From NCBI GenBank assembly GCA_038496445.1, contig JALMLS010000142.1:82-64081 (forward strand): a stretch of DNA of 64,000 nt, in the 5' to 3' direction. Made by a program: the position numbers and the translations under genes. Shown here piece by piece: positions 53,033 to 64,000 of this stretch. Source of the stretch: Trichosphaerium sp. ATCC 40318 (Eukaryota > Protista > Tubulinea). Numbering within the stretch: the first letter of the stretch is position 1; each line of letters begins with the position of its first letter. Below the pieces are notes generated by a model. That model was not told the DNA's origin and ran no database searches. It worked only from the letters and a program-made list of their open reading frames with translations.

Positions 53033-54133
53033 ATGAATAAACACCTCGTCATCGTGTTAATAGCTATCGCAGTTGTATACTGTCAGGAGTTTGAGAGAGA
53101 ACATAAAACAGAGAACGCTACAGTTAGATTTTTCGCTAATAGCAAGGTATCTTCAGTATCATTTGTATTTGAGAAAGGAAACGGTATGCCAGTGTACGTT
53201 TTATTAATCTTTTTCAAAAAAAACTCCTTATTTCACGTACGAATAGACTAAACGGCGTTAAAACTATCGTAGGAGTCCAGATAAAAGCCACGCCGAGATA
53301 TTCAGATCATTAACAGGTGAAAAAGCGCCTAAGCTACTCAGCCATCATAAACCAGAGTTCCAGGACTCAAAACAGGTAAGCACAACAAAAAACGGACACG
53401 TGTTTTTTGTAAACAAACGTGTTCTTAAAATCGATTTTAAGGTTTTTCTAGGCGGAGGTTATTGGTAAGAGAAACATTGTATGTAACAAGGCATGGGATT
53501 ATATCGAAGAATTCGTGAAGGTACATTATATAATCATGAACGTGATACGTTTGCCTTTTTCTTTTTTTTTTTCGATTTCTTCTTCGGTTGTTAATTATTT
53601 GGCTTAGCCTATTGATTACTATAACTACCTTTACAGTGATTACTGTAGATCAAGTTTAACAGCTAGTCCGTAAGTTAGCTCAGCTCCGTATTTTTCCGTG
53701 GTGAATTAACACGTGTATTTTATAGAAGCATGAGAGCGAGATTTGTTAACCAACTTACTATGGTTGTTGAGGGTCATGTATGCTTTCAAAAAAAATATTT
53801 TATGTTTTCTCGTTATTAACTCTTAACAGGCTTGCAGCGCTTTGCAAATGCGCTGGTATAATAACAGGTGGAGCACAAGAGCAGAAAAGTACGTTAATAC
53901 AGTTATGTACTCATGAGTGTTTCTAATTCAAAATAGTTGTGCCGCTGCAAGTAGTACTGGTCGCGAAAAGTTGATTTACTCTTCTTATTACATGAAGGTA
54001 TATTTATTTTTATTCTTCTTTGATTCATTGCTTATGCCTTTGTTTTTAGGAATATCATAGACCTACGCTTAGAGTAGCCACCAGATGTGAAAGCGATGAA
54101 TGTGAATACCATAGATCCATATGGGATTGCTAA
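53033..54133 (+). CDS. Secreted hypothetical protein (8 short exons) with possible GKR propeptide cleavage site
   Basis: Signal MNKHLVIVLIAIAVVYC. Canonical GT-AG splicing gives an uninterrupted frame ..AEVIGKRNIVCNKAWDY..RCESDECEYHRSIWDC*. Confidence 0.7.
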
Positions 54134-54479
54134 GGAATGAACTTTGAAGATAAAAAAAAAACTGCTGTTATTTTGTTAGCAATGAAAATAACGTTCTATA
54201 AACACGTGTTAGTAAATTAAAATCTCATCATTTTACAATTTTCCCTTGCAACCATAAAATAGTGCTTAAAAGATGAGACACAAGTAGTAATTCAAATCAA
54301 GAACAACATTCTGAAACCGAAATTTCTACAGAAGATTTCCAAAAACTCATTAAACCGAAAAAAAACATTTTGTTTGGAAAAAAGTTGACAAGTCGAAACC
54401 GTTTTTGTGACATCTACTCAGGTTTGTGAGCATGTGGAGCACAAGTTAAACTTTGTTTTGGGATACGCCTATGTCTCAT

Positions 54480-54960
54480 TGTTTGGGCACTAAGTAATCC
54501 ATTCTCATGCAAGTAGGTGTATTTGTTTACCAAACAATCGATGTTTTCATGCTACATCGATATTTATTGGGTGTACTATCTTCTTATTATTTTACGATCT
54601 TTGATGTGCCGCTTTTATACCACTTATTCACCTTCTTGCCACACTTTAACTATTTCTGTGCCTCTCTTGTACGCTCCAGTCGGTTTGCCATGTATACATC
54701 CACTTAAAAGTTTCCGCTTTTCGGCTATGAAGCCTAAAATTGTGCGACTTTCCTGTCATTGGGAGCATTTTGTTTACTACTTTAATACTGATTACCATCG
54801 AACTCTTGTAGTACTCCACCTTTACTATTGTTAATCCTTATTTGATTCAATAGATTACAAGGATAGAAGTCGGATAACCAAATTTGACAAGCTTGTTGCA
54901 ATGCAAATGAAAGACAATCCAAAAAATGAGTACTATCAATTGTATTCACAATGTAATAAC
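54480..54960 (-). pseudogene. Highly degenerate F-box/MORN-like relic
   Basis: Fragments in shifting frames: FLDCLSFALQ, HGKPTGAYK, KWYKSG, YLHENGLL. Multiple stops. Confidence 0.35.
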
Positions 54961-55292
54961 TCACAAACGCTAGCTCTGCGCTAGACTGTCTTACAATAAC
55001 TTATAATTCTTCTCCTAGCGTAGTTCCTTTGGCTGGACACTAGAAGCCTTATACTCAAATAAGGCAATCTTACTTTCAAATTGGGAAACTTACTAATTTC
55101 GAACTCACAACACAAAACCGCTACTCCTTCGATTTCGTAGGTTTTTTTCGAACAAATATTGTACGTACACGCGTATCTTTCTATCAAAACTGTATGCAGT
55201 TCTACAGTCAAACTCGCTGTATACGCTTTCGTATAAGAAAAAACAAACACTACTGTCGTTTAACACATCTAAGTACTACTTTCAGGCTCAAA

Positions 55293-58200
55293 ATGAACTC
55301 TGCAGTTTGTGGTCTCGCATTCTTCCTTATCGTTCTCGTAACTCGCTCGAACTGCGCTTCAAACGCTAGTCCAAGTACTGTTTTCTTATGTAACGCGACC
55401 TCAACAAAATGGGGATGTGCACTGGAAGACTGGACTCTAAAACGACAAAAATTAGATGACGACACATTCATTATGGTTCCAAACCGATTGAAATGTACAA
55501 CAGTACCAGAACAATATATGAGTTGGGCGACAAAAACTGTTCGTACTGACAGATACCTTCTCTTTGCTGGCGAAGAATCATCCCCACAACAAGAGTATAT
55601 ACCTGGGAGTATTGTACAAGTATCATTAATCGCGACAAAGTACTCGGCAAAGTACAGAGGTCTACTGTTGTGCGTACATTGACAACTTTAGTCCGGAGAT
55701 CATTGTTTTTTTTTTTTGATTGTTACAGAAAAAATCACTTTCTTGATGTGTCTTCGTATTAACTTACTAACAATATTCGTTTTAGATACGCAGAAGATGA
55801 TAATAATAACCATGTCGGAGAGTGGAAGCTATCTACAACTGAATCTCCTCGTAAGAACACCTTTTTTGGAAAACGCTTTTGCGTTTTGCCGGTTTTCTTG
55901 GATATTTTCCGTCAATGTCATCCTTTTAACATGTTTCTTGTAGCATTGTTCCAATTACCTTGGGGAAATGGATCGTTTTGCAGACAATCTGTAATGCACT
56001 CAACAGCAGAATTGAAGCCTTTAAAATATACCTTTACTTTTATCGCTCCTCCAATGGGTACTGGAAAGATCACTTTCAGAGCTCTTGTAAAGAGCGGTGA
56101 TGCAAATACTGGCGACTTTTGGTGGCCTAACTTGGAAGGAGATGTCACCTTGACAGAATCGTCGGAATCCCTTCCAAACACAGGATGGTTCCAAACTCAA
56201 GTACGCTTTTTTCCTCTCATGTTGTTTTCGTAAGTTGTCACATACTTATTCTCTACCAAGCTTGGACAATCATGCGCTGATAGATGTGAGGCTGAGAGCC
56301 TCAAATGTGATACTGTTTCAATGGAAGTATCAACAGCATCAGTAAAGTTGAATCTGAATTATCGCCAGCAGGCTTTATTTGCGAAAAACCAATCTTGAGC
56401 GGTTGTAGCTCTATTGGTGCTTCTCAAAGTGCTGATGGATTTTGCTACTTTGACGACACAAAATGCGAATCTCAAGGTCGTACAGATGAAGCTGTTTCAT
56501 GTGAGGCTAAAACCACAGATGAAGAAGACGGGTATGCTCCTTTTTTTCAGGAAACTGTTTTTCTCAAACTAACTCTTTCACTGTAGTCTTCGCTTCTGTA
56601 AATGTATTGAAGTCACTCAAGCACCTGTAGAGCCAGAAAACACCACAGTTCCAACAAATGCTCCTCCAACAACTGATGCGCCTACTGTTGCTCCTACTGT
56701 TACTGCTATTGAAGTACTTGCTCCTTCAAACGAAACCTCCTTTTTGTCACCATCATCGCGACCAACGGTTTCAGTATTGTTCCTCTGTTTGTGCACACTT
56801 GGCTTGGCTTTCTTCAAAGGAGGTCGTTCATCAACACCCATGCTACTTGTAGTTGTACTAGTTGCTCTTATTGCTATGCCATCCGTACAAGGACATAACT
56901 GGATGTTCAGTCTTAGTAGACGTCCATACGCAAGTACAGAAACACCTTGTCCTCCGGTAAATCAAGAATATCCTCATGTTCAAGTTGGACCGAATCAAGA
57001 GTTCGAGATGGAGTGGGCTCAAGGCCACAGCAGTACATCTTACTTTATTATCATGCACCAGAAGTACGAGGACAAGTTGAAGCTAAACAACCAAGCTCTA
57101 TTTGCAAAGTACTTTAATGACGCACCTGCCGGAGCTGTAAAGACACTTGAAGTCCTTCACAGACGTTTCGCTTATCGTGAACCTAATGCAGTAAAAGACG
57201 CTCCACTTGGTGACGAGATCTTAAGCACAGATGGAGACTTTATTCCTAGACCAGAAGCTTTTGGTGGTTGGGGTGTTAACGCAACGTTATTCAAATACAA
57301 GGAAAACCTTCACGAGAATAACTACGCTGAATATGAACATCCAGATATGCCTTGGGTTGAAGCCATCTTTAAAGCAGAACATCTCACAGGACAACCTAGA
57401 GATGCTGATATGGCTAAATTTACTATACCTGGCCGAGCTGGTACAGGTAGATACATCGTTCATTGGCTATGGAGAGGTTACAGGGATTGTATTGATGTTG
57501 ATTACGTTGAAGAAAATGTTGAAGAGATCTATGGTGTTGCAGACGAATCAGAATCTTACGCGTACGATAGCATACGTTTTAGTGCCTTTTTTTTTTGACT
57601 AGTTTTGGTCGTTTTCGTGACCTCATTTTATGTAAATCTACTGGTTTAGACTTGAATCACGTGATCGTAGTGTTCGAAAACTTATTTTATTTTAGACGCG
57701 TAGATCATTGTTATTTCCCAGAATACCGTTCGGCAGGAGGTAAGCGTATATGATTAATACAAACGAATCTTTGTTGACACCTTTTTGTAGATTGCAGTCG
57801 CTTAGTCTCTAACGATTTGGCCTACTGCCAAAGAAGGTGTACAACCAACTGTGCTGGTGTGGCTGTTATGCCTTTATCAGTAGCAAATTTCTACAGCGAA
57901 GAAGCTGGTCTTGTTGACCCTTCGTGCATGAACCTATTCAATATGACAATAGAAACTGAAGCACCAGAGGATATTAATGTTTGCTTTTATGTTAGAGCTA
58001 GACTGCCTTCTGATACTTTTGGTGTCAACGAAATTGTATATCCAGATGACCCAGCATATCAAGCAACTTGCTTCATGAAAACCCCAGGGCGTATATTCCC
58101 TGGGTACGTACCACCAACGACAAAACACATTCCATGGAAACACGGAGACAAATGCATTGATTGTGACACTGTTAAATTGAATAGTGTTTTATCAGTAATC

Positions 58201-58638
58201 CCAAAATGGCCTCTTTCTGACGATTGTGTTAATTGTGACCGCGAGCCGAGCACAATTGAACTACCCAAGGTACCTACACTTACAAATGAAAGGGTAAACT
58301 CTACCTGTAATGGAGCAAACGGCCTCTGGAGAAATGTCAATGGATCAAAATATCATACTTGTAATGGTACAAACGCAGAAGTTGGTGAACTATGTCACAA
58401 GCAACTTTCTATCAACGGACGTTCGCTAAATGTCCAATTCTTCCCTTCAGAGTGCGCAGCAGCTGCAGCTAGGGATCCTGAATGTGCAGGCCATGTATCA
58501 ATATACGGAGGTAGTCTATATGTTGGCTCTAAACGAAGTGGAAAATGCTACTGCCAAACAAAGGTAGAGTGTTGTAATGGGTGTCATCGCATATCTAGAA
58601 ATGAACGTTGGACATTATTCGATGTTGAATACTTGTAA
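55293..58638 (+). CDS. Secreted multidomain polyprotein: Reeler + Cys-rich domain + P/T linker + TM/GPI-like segment + internal signal peptide + His-brace LPMO-like domain + Cys-rich tail
   Basis: Reeler motifs YIPG..V.V, KYRGLLL|YAED, C..SVMH, F.F.AP..GTGKITFRA. The exon from 56587 runs without a stop through LFLCLCTLGLAFF and MLLVVVLVALIAMPSVQG|HNW..EWAQGH..F.IP..GRYIVHWLWRGYRDCIDV. One 1-nt frame break at about 56326. Confidence 0.75.
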
Positions 58639-59098
58639 ACCTATAACAATAAAACCATCCTTGTGATTTAAGAGTACACTAAATCGTTGAGTCTTGTGAT
58701 CTGCGACAAACATTACTTTTATTGGAAAAAACCAAGAATCAAACAATGACACTGATTCAATTTTTCCTACGCCTAGGACGCGTTTGGAGAACTCTCAAGT
58801 ATTTGTGTATAATTAATTGTTTAGTTTGTCATATATGAAGACGTATGCTTCTTAAAATAGTGAGGAACTATGTGTTTGAACACAACAACTAGTTGTTTAT
58901 TACAAATCAGAACTAGTTCTTAAACGCTTGCTAGTATAGATCAACCAATACACTAATCAAAGATGCTGTCATTAACGTATTACAGCGGGGCGAAAACTCC
59001 TAACGTTCTCCCCATACAGCCTCGAAATTTCTATTAATAAGCTACAAAAGACATATGAGTTTGTTTTTGTGAAATGGTCGAGCACTTTATTTGATGTT

Positions 59099-60700
59099 TT
59101 ACAAAATAGTTACAATGTTAGTAAATGTTTGTTCTTGTGTTGCATCATTATCGAATATATTATCATCATAAAGAACTGCTTGCTGGTCAATAACAGTATT
59201 AATATGAGGAGTGAAAGTATCACCAAAATCAAGACCAACAAGAACACCATAACGACTAACAAGAAGGTTTGTTAAAACAGTTTCCAATGTAAGTTCATCA
59301 ACAATAACACCTTGAGCATGTACAGAAAGTCTTTGTAACCTTGGTACCATACTACTATTAGCTAGAGACTCAAAGAAGTTTACTTTATCAGATATTGATG
59401 CATCAGCATAACCAAGAGTAGTAATAGAAGAATTAGGGTTGTTAAGAGCATCTAAGAAAAGCTTGTTGTAACTTTCTTCGAATCCAGGAATTTCATGGCT
59501 AAATCACGTGTAAGTGTCAAATGTCAAACCAAAAAAAATCAAAAATTCGAGAAAACTACGATCACATTTATCACGTGTGTTTTGTGAAACGTCGGGTTTT
59601 AATCCTCAAGGCATGTAAAACTAATTTACATCATAATATAACGTAAATGATGTTGTAACGAAGCTGTAGCATTAGCAGAATAAAATTTCTTTTTAAAAAA
59701 AAAAAAAAAGAATTTCACGACAGGTTTGGAAGCGCTTGACAACAAACATATCCAAATATCTAAACGACTGTGTTACGTACTTATTACAGAACCTTATGAG
59801 AAGAGTCTTCAATGATGAATTATACTTTATAGACTTCATCAATACATAGAAAGTCTCCTTTCTGAAAACAACACCATCCAAACATAAATACGTTAAAACA
59901 TTTCTTTCAAGCCTATAAGTCATAGCTTTTGTTATAGCCATATCGATAACATATCCATTATTACTCAACCTTGTAGCTTTTGTAATATTCCTACAAAGTA
60001 TTTTCTTTATAAGGTCAAAAGAGAGGAACTGAAAGAGACCATCTTGCTTGTATTTCGAGATAAGGATCAATCTAACTTCTGACCATGTGAAATCACTTGA
60101 TACCTTATTTATAGTAGATACACGCCAACCAGATGCTTGTTCCGAGTTTACGAAAACGTTTATAGCGTTTATAGTAATATTGCCGTTATACCTTTTAATA
60201 AATACGTTAATTAATGCGCTACACGATAAACAGCGAAAATGGCGTCGTTGTGGTGTATTTGCTAAAAACCGACAACTTTTTATTAAAATCATAATTTGAA
60301 GCCTTTTTCTAGTCTGTGATGGTGTATAGTATAAAATAGCGAATGTTTGACGCCGACGTACAAATCTGGATGATAATCAACTTGATACGGCGTTAAACGC
60401 CCTAAACGCTTTGTGAACTCTGCAACCACCTCTTTTAACTTGTGTACACGCGTCTTCGGTATTAGATAATTTAGAACATTCTTGCGATCCCATACTGACA
60501 TACAAAAGCACTCTGGTTTGGATCCAGAGTCACGAAATATGAATGTTTTGCCTTTTGCTTTTTTACCATGTACAAGAAGGCTTTGCGCATCTTCTTCCCT
60601 TAGTATTGGAAGGTAGAAACCCATAATGCCACCCCAGAGTTGTTTACGCAACCGCAACTGTAGGCTGAAGAAAATACAAGACTTCCATTGTGACTTTTCA
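59099..60700 (-). CDS. SH2-domain protein with degenerate LRR-like C-terminal region (multi-exon; start uncertain)
   Basis: GFY..L..EDAQSLL..GKTFIFRDSGSKPECFCMSV..V.NYLI matches the SH2 FLVRES signature. GTACGT introns link it to downstream exons with L..L.L spacing (NSSLKTLLI, NSSITTLG, LQRLSV). Confidence 0.65.
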
Positions 60701-60922
60701 AAGTTATTATTTTTTTTTATTGAGATGACTTTTTAACCTTCGAAGACCTCTTCAACAGAATAACAAAATGAGTCAGCTCAGTTACTACGGACTTGAGTCA
60801 AACTACAAGGACTAAGACAGCCATAACACGTGCTATGTTTGCATCAAGTAGAAATACTGCTGTGATTTGAACTATTCATTTAACTACAATTTGCCATTCA
60901 TGTTTCTCAACTAATGAGTTGT

Positions 60923-61738
60923 TTATTTGACTGAAAAAGTCCACTGTGTACTTCCTATGGTTTCAGGCATATTACCAGTATGCTTTAGTGATGAATCATT
61001 AAAAACAACAGAGTACATTCCGGCAAGAATATTATCAGAAACCCACACAATCGTTGGGCGTTTTTGTTTAGTCCACTTTCCTTTACGACTCTCAATACAT
61101 CCTGGAACGATTTCTCCATGTTCATTCTTTACTATAAAGTCAGTACCAGATACTATCTTGTCCAACAAGATCGTAAAAAAGTCATCTCCACCAGGGTACG
61201 AGAAACGTTTGAATTGCAAAGATATCTCCACTTGTGACTCATAAGGACAATCAGGTATCTCGTGATGCTGTAGTACAGCCTTGCAGTATGGTAGCCTACC
61301 GCAGTGCTTACAAACATCCTCAGATCTCTTGTCGTGTCTTGTTGTAGGGCACTTTTGTTCAAACGTGAAACGTTCGCTGTGAGTATGAATCTTATCCCCA
61401 GATGCTCTTGTTTCGTATTTCACTCGTGTGAGGAGTGTTGTAGGAGGTGCTAGGCCTGCTCCAAGAGCGAAGACGATGAAAACCTCATTCTTCTCACCTG
61501 GAACGAAACCAAGCTCTGATACTCTTGCGAGAGGACAAAGCAGTTGTCTTTTGAATACACAACGGTCCAATGAGGAAACGTTAACAGTTTCTATTGTATT
61601 GCCGCTGTAAGAAGGGTTTTTAACCAAAATAAGGCGTTTTGCGTATTCCCAGAGCATTTCAGGTTGTTTGCTCAACTCCAGGGTTACTTTGTAGCTAGAA
61701 CCGCTTAAAGCCTTTATAGTGATTGTAATATCAGTCAT
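60923..61738 (-). CDS. Ubiquitin-like N-terminal domain protein, intronless
   Basis: MTDITITIKALSGSSYKVTLE..VSELG....EVFIVFALGAG resembles the ubiquitin fold ending at an LRGG-equivalent. It is followed by a C..C/H cluster and an Ig-like beta region. Confidence 0.6.
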   Translation of the reverse strand: MTDITITIKALSGSSYKVTLELSKQPEMLWEYAKRLILVKNPSYSGNTIETVNVSSLDRCVFKRQLLCPLARVSELGFVPGEKNEVFIVFALGAGLAPPTTLLTRVKYETRASGDKIHTHSERFTFEQKCPTTRHDKRSEDVCKHCGRLPYCKAVLQHHEIPDCPYESQVEISLQFKRFSYPGGDDFFTILLDKIVSGTDFIVKNEHGEIVPGCIESRKGKWTKQKRPTIVWVSDNILAGMYSVVFNDSSLKHTGNMPETIGSTQWTFSVK

Positions 61739-61979
61739 TGCTTGTGTTGTATTGCTTTATTAGTTTGTTTCGAAGGTTAAAAGGAAATCATGAGAACTTT
61801 TCGTAGTATTCAATGAAAAAACAACTTTCTAGAAATGACGGTTGGTTTTCGTACATTAGAAGTATGTGAGCGAAGATACCCATGTATTCTAAGTAGGCGT
61901 TGATAACAAAGTTCAAGAACACATGAAACATTTTCAAATAAACCCGTATGTGTATTGTATATTCACGTGAAGTTGCATT

Positions 61980-64000
61980 CTCTTAAATCTTCAAAACATC
62001 CTGAGCTTTGTTTGTGATAAAAACCTTCTTGTATTTTTTTTTCAAGTAAGCTACCTTTGCTGTATCTCCTACCAAAGGTTATTTATAAAACCCAAAACAA
62101 CATGATCAAGTAATTATAAACCACGTACTGCAATAAACAAGAATAGGTGTTTTAGCACATGTTTTAATCTTTCTTATACTTTTCACTAACTTTTCTGCTG
62201 CAAGCTCATCTCCATCACCCTTACGATAACTGTTTGTGATAATACGTAACCTGTTGTTACAAAACCCTTTAAACTTTTGAATCCATGCCAAAATCTCAGA
62301 TGATGACTTCATGCTCAATACCTTTTTTTGAAGTGTTTTTGTTAAACAGAGCCACATGTCTCAGTTATTTTGTTGAAGTACCTCTGTTTTCTTCTGTCGT
62401 TTTCTTAATAGCTCCACTAGCTTCATATTTTCATTTGATAGATTGTTGTCAACCCATAATACAAGGCACTTTGCATCTCTGTACTTGAGCTTATATGCCT
62501 TCATATTAGCACTGTCTATTGCTTTATAATACACAAGATATCGTGGAAGAATCTACTGCCAGTAAACAAGTACTCAAAGAGTGTCGATTTGCAGGTACTT
62601 GGTTTTTTGAAAAGACAACAATCTCATTTTGGTCTATTTTGTCATCATAACCGCATGGGAATCCATTTGATTTAGTGATAACATAGTGAGAATCGTATCC
62701 TTTCTAGAAAATGCTCAGTAGTGAACCATCAATCTACAAGCTGAAGTCTACCAGCAGTGCTTCTATAGTACCTTGCATTTCTTTCCTAAAAGGCTTTTGG
62801 GATCATTCACTACAGGTTTCTCTGTTGCAGGGTATGGGTTTCCCATCATTACCCATGATATTAACATGCACGGGTTCGTACTTTGACCCCATTCAGCATA
62901 TTTCCTCCCTATACCAGTTGTTACACATTTATCAAACAAATTCCTATGTACCACAATCAGGGTATTGAGTAAAGTAAATGCCATCACCTATGTCATTATT
63001 AGCTAATGTATTTTCATTCAACATCCTGTCCTTACCATAATACCCTGGATCTTTCTTGTTTGAGTTTTCATGTGGTTCTCTAAAGTTACTACATGCAATC
63101 TTATAGCTAGTTTCCTACTCAAGCATAAGTTAGTACAACGCTACTTCCGGATTGATTTATTGCATGCCTCTGATGTGCCATGTAATCCAGGTATAAGGTT
63201 GATTTGCTCATTTCCAGAAACGTGCATCACATAATTCTTCAAATGATTAAGAGTTCTTTCTTGTGATTTACTTATACTATCCACTGTGACACTGTCCTTT
63301 GAACCTAAAGCAATTAAACAACAAATCCAAATAACAAATGAACATATTGTTTATCTGGCTCACTTGATTGATCTGATTGAAGTACTTTTTTCACAAAAAC
63401 TTGGTACTGTTTTTTAAAGTTGGCTTCAAGTTTCGGATTGTCCAAGAATGCAATCTTTTCTAATTTATAGAAAGATTCGCTTTCTGTTCCCATAAACTTA
63501 TAAAAAATATTACAAGCCCTCAGGTATTCATCATAACGTTCCTTTTGTCAATATTTTCAGTGAGAAAGCAAAGATATATATAGGGGTTATACCTTGTTCT
63601 TTTCATTTTTGTAAGAAAGGTAATCCGTAACCCAGGACAATTCTTAGGTGTACTCCAGTCGCCTGCTTTTAAGAAATCTTCACCATGCAAGCTACTCCAG
63701 AGGTGATGCCTCCCATCTTTCAGCATGGGATAACCTTGTTTCAAATGAGATGTAGTGATAATATGTTCTATACACGTCAGGTTATATGTGTTGTGTTTTT
63801 ACTATGGTGACACTTACTTGTTTTCTTGCACTGATATGGGCATTTCATAACCTTCAAAACTGTCCACTTTGTATTCTAACCGGACATAGTTGAGATGGTA
63901 CTATATTTAATGGGTTTAAGTAAGGGTCAAGACATTCCTAACAAATAAGCTGTTAATAAATGTTCTTTCTTTTTCTATTTTTGTACCCGTCCATAACCAC
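61980..64000 (-). pseudogene. PARP-type ADP-ribosyltransferase gene with receiver-like C-terminal domain, degenerate; continues beyond the window
   Basis: LHGTS (about 63170-63185), DPGYYG|DGIYFTQYP, LISWVMMGNPYP, GYDSHYV, NEIVVF (H-Y-E motifs), then LWVDNN and RIITN..R..D. In-frame TAG/TAA/TGA codons and frameshifts. Confidence 0.7.

Noticed and set aside
61980-63300. Stop-codon reassignment or readthrough in the ART gene
   Set aside because: The stops come with frameshifts, and intact genes end normally in TAA/TGA with no internal stops, so decay is the simpler explanation.

Overview
This is AT-rich, gene-dense eukaryotic nuclear DNA with many short spliceosomal introns (donors mostly GTAYGY/GTAAGT) and the standard genetic code. 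A RasS-like Ras, a GABA-B-like family-3 GPCR and an SH2 protein point to an amoebozoan protist (inference). Housekeeping genes include a FEX fluoride exporter, PTPS, Ras, a cytochrome b5-acyl-CoA dehydrogenase fusion, APEH, VPS54, a dienelactone hydrolase, a BBE-like oxidase, a kinase and ankyrin proteins. A dynamic zone at about 9-32 kb holds F-box/MORN and F-box/LRR genes, duplicated RTX-like secreted proteins with relics, a TIR element with a 2-bp TSD, and a tRNA-derived SINE. The best candidate for a new system is a 3.3-kb gene (55293-58638). It appears to encode a polyprotein: signal peptide, Reeler domain, Cys-rich domain, P/T linker, membrane/GPI-like segment, a second internal signal peptide, then a His1 copper-brace LPMO-like domain. 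Also notable is a roughly 8-fold excess of CACGTG E-boxes, mostly inside introns. Gene models were spliced by eye, so some ends are approximate. A few 1-nt homopolymer frameshifts may be assembly errors.
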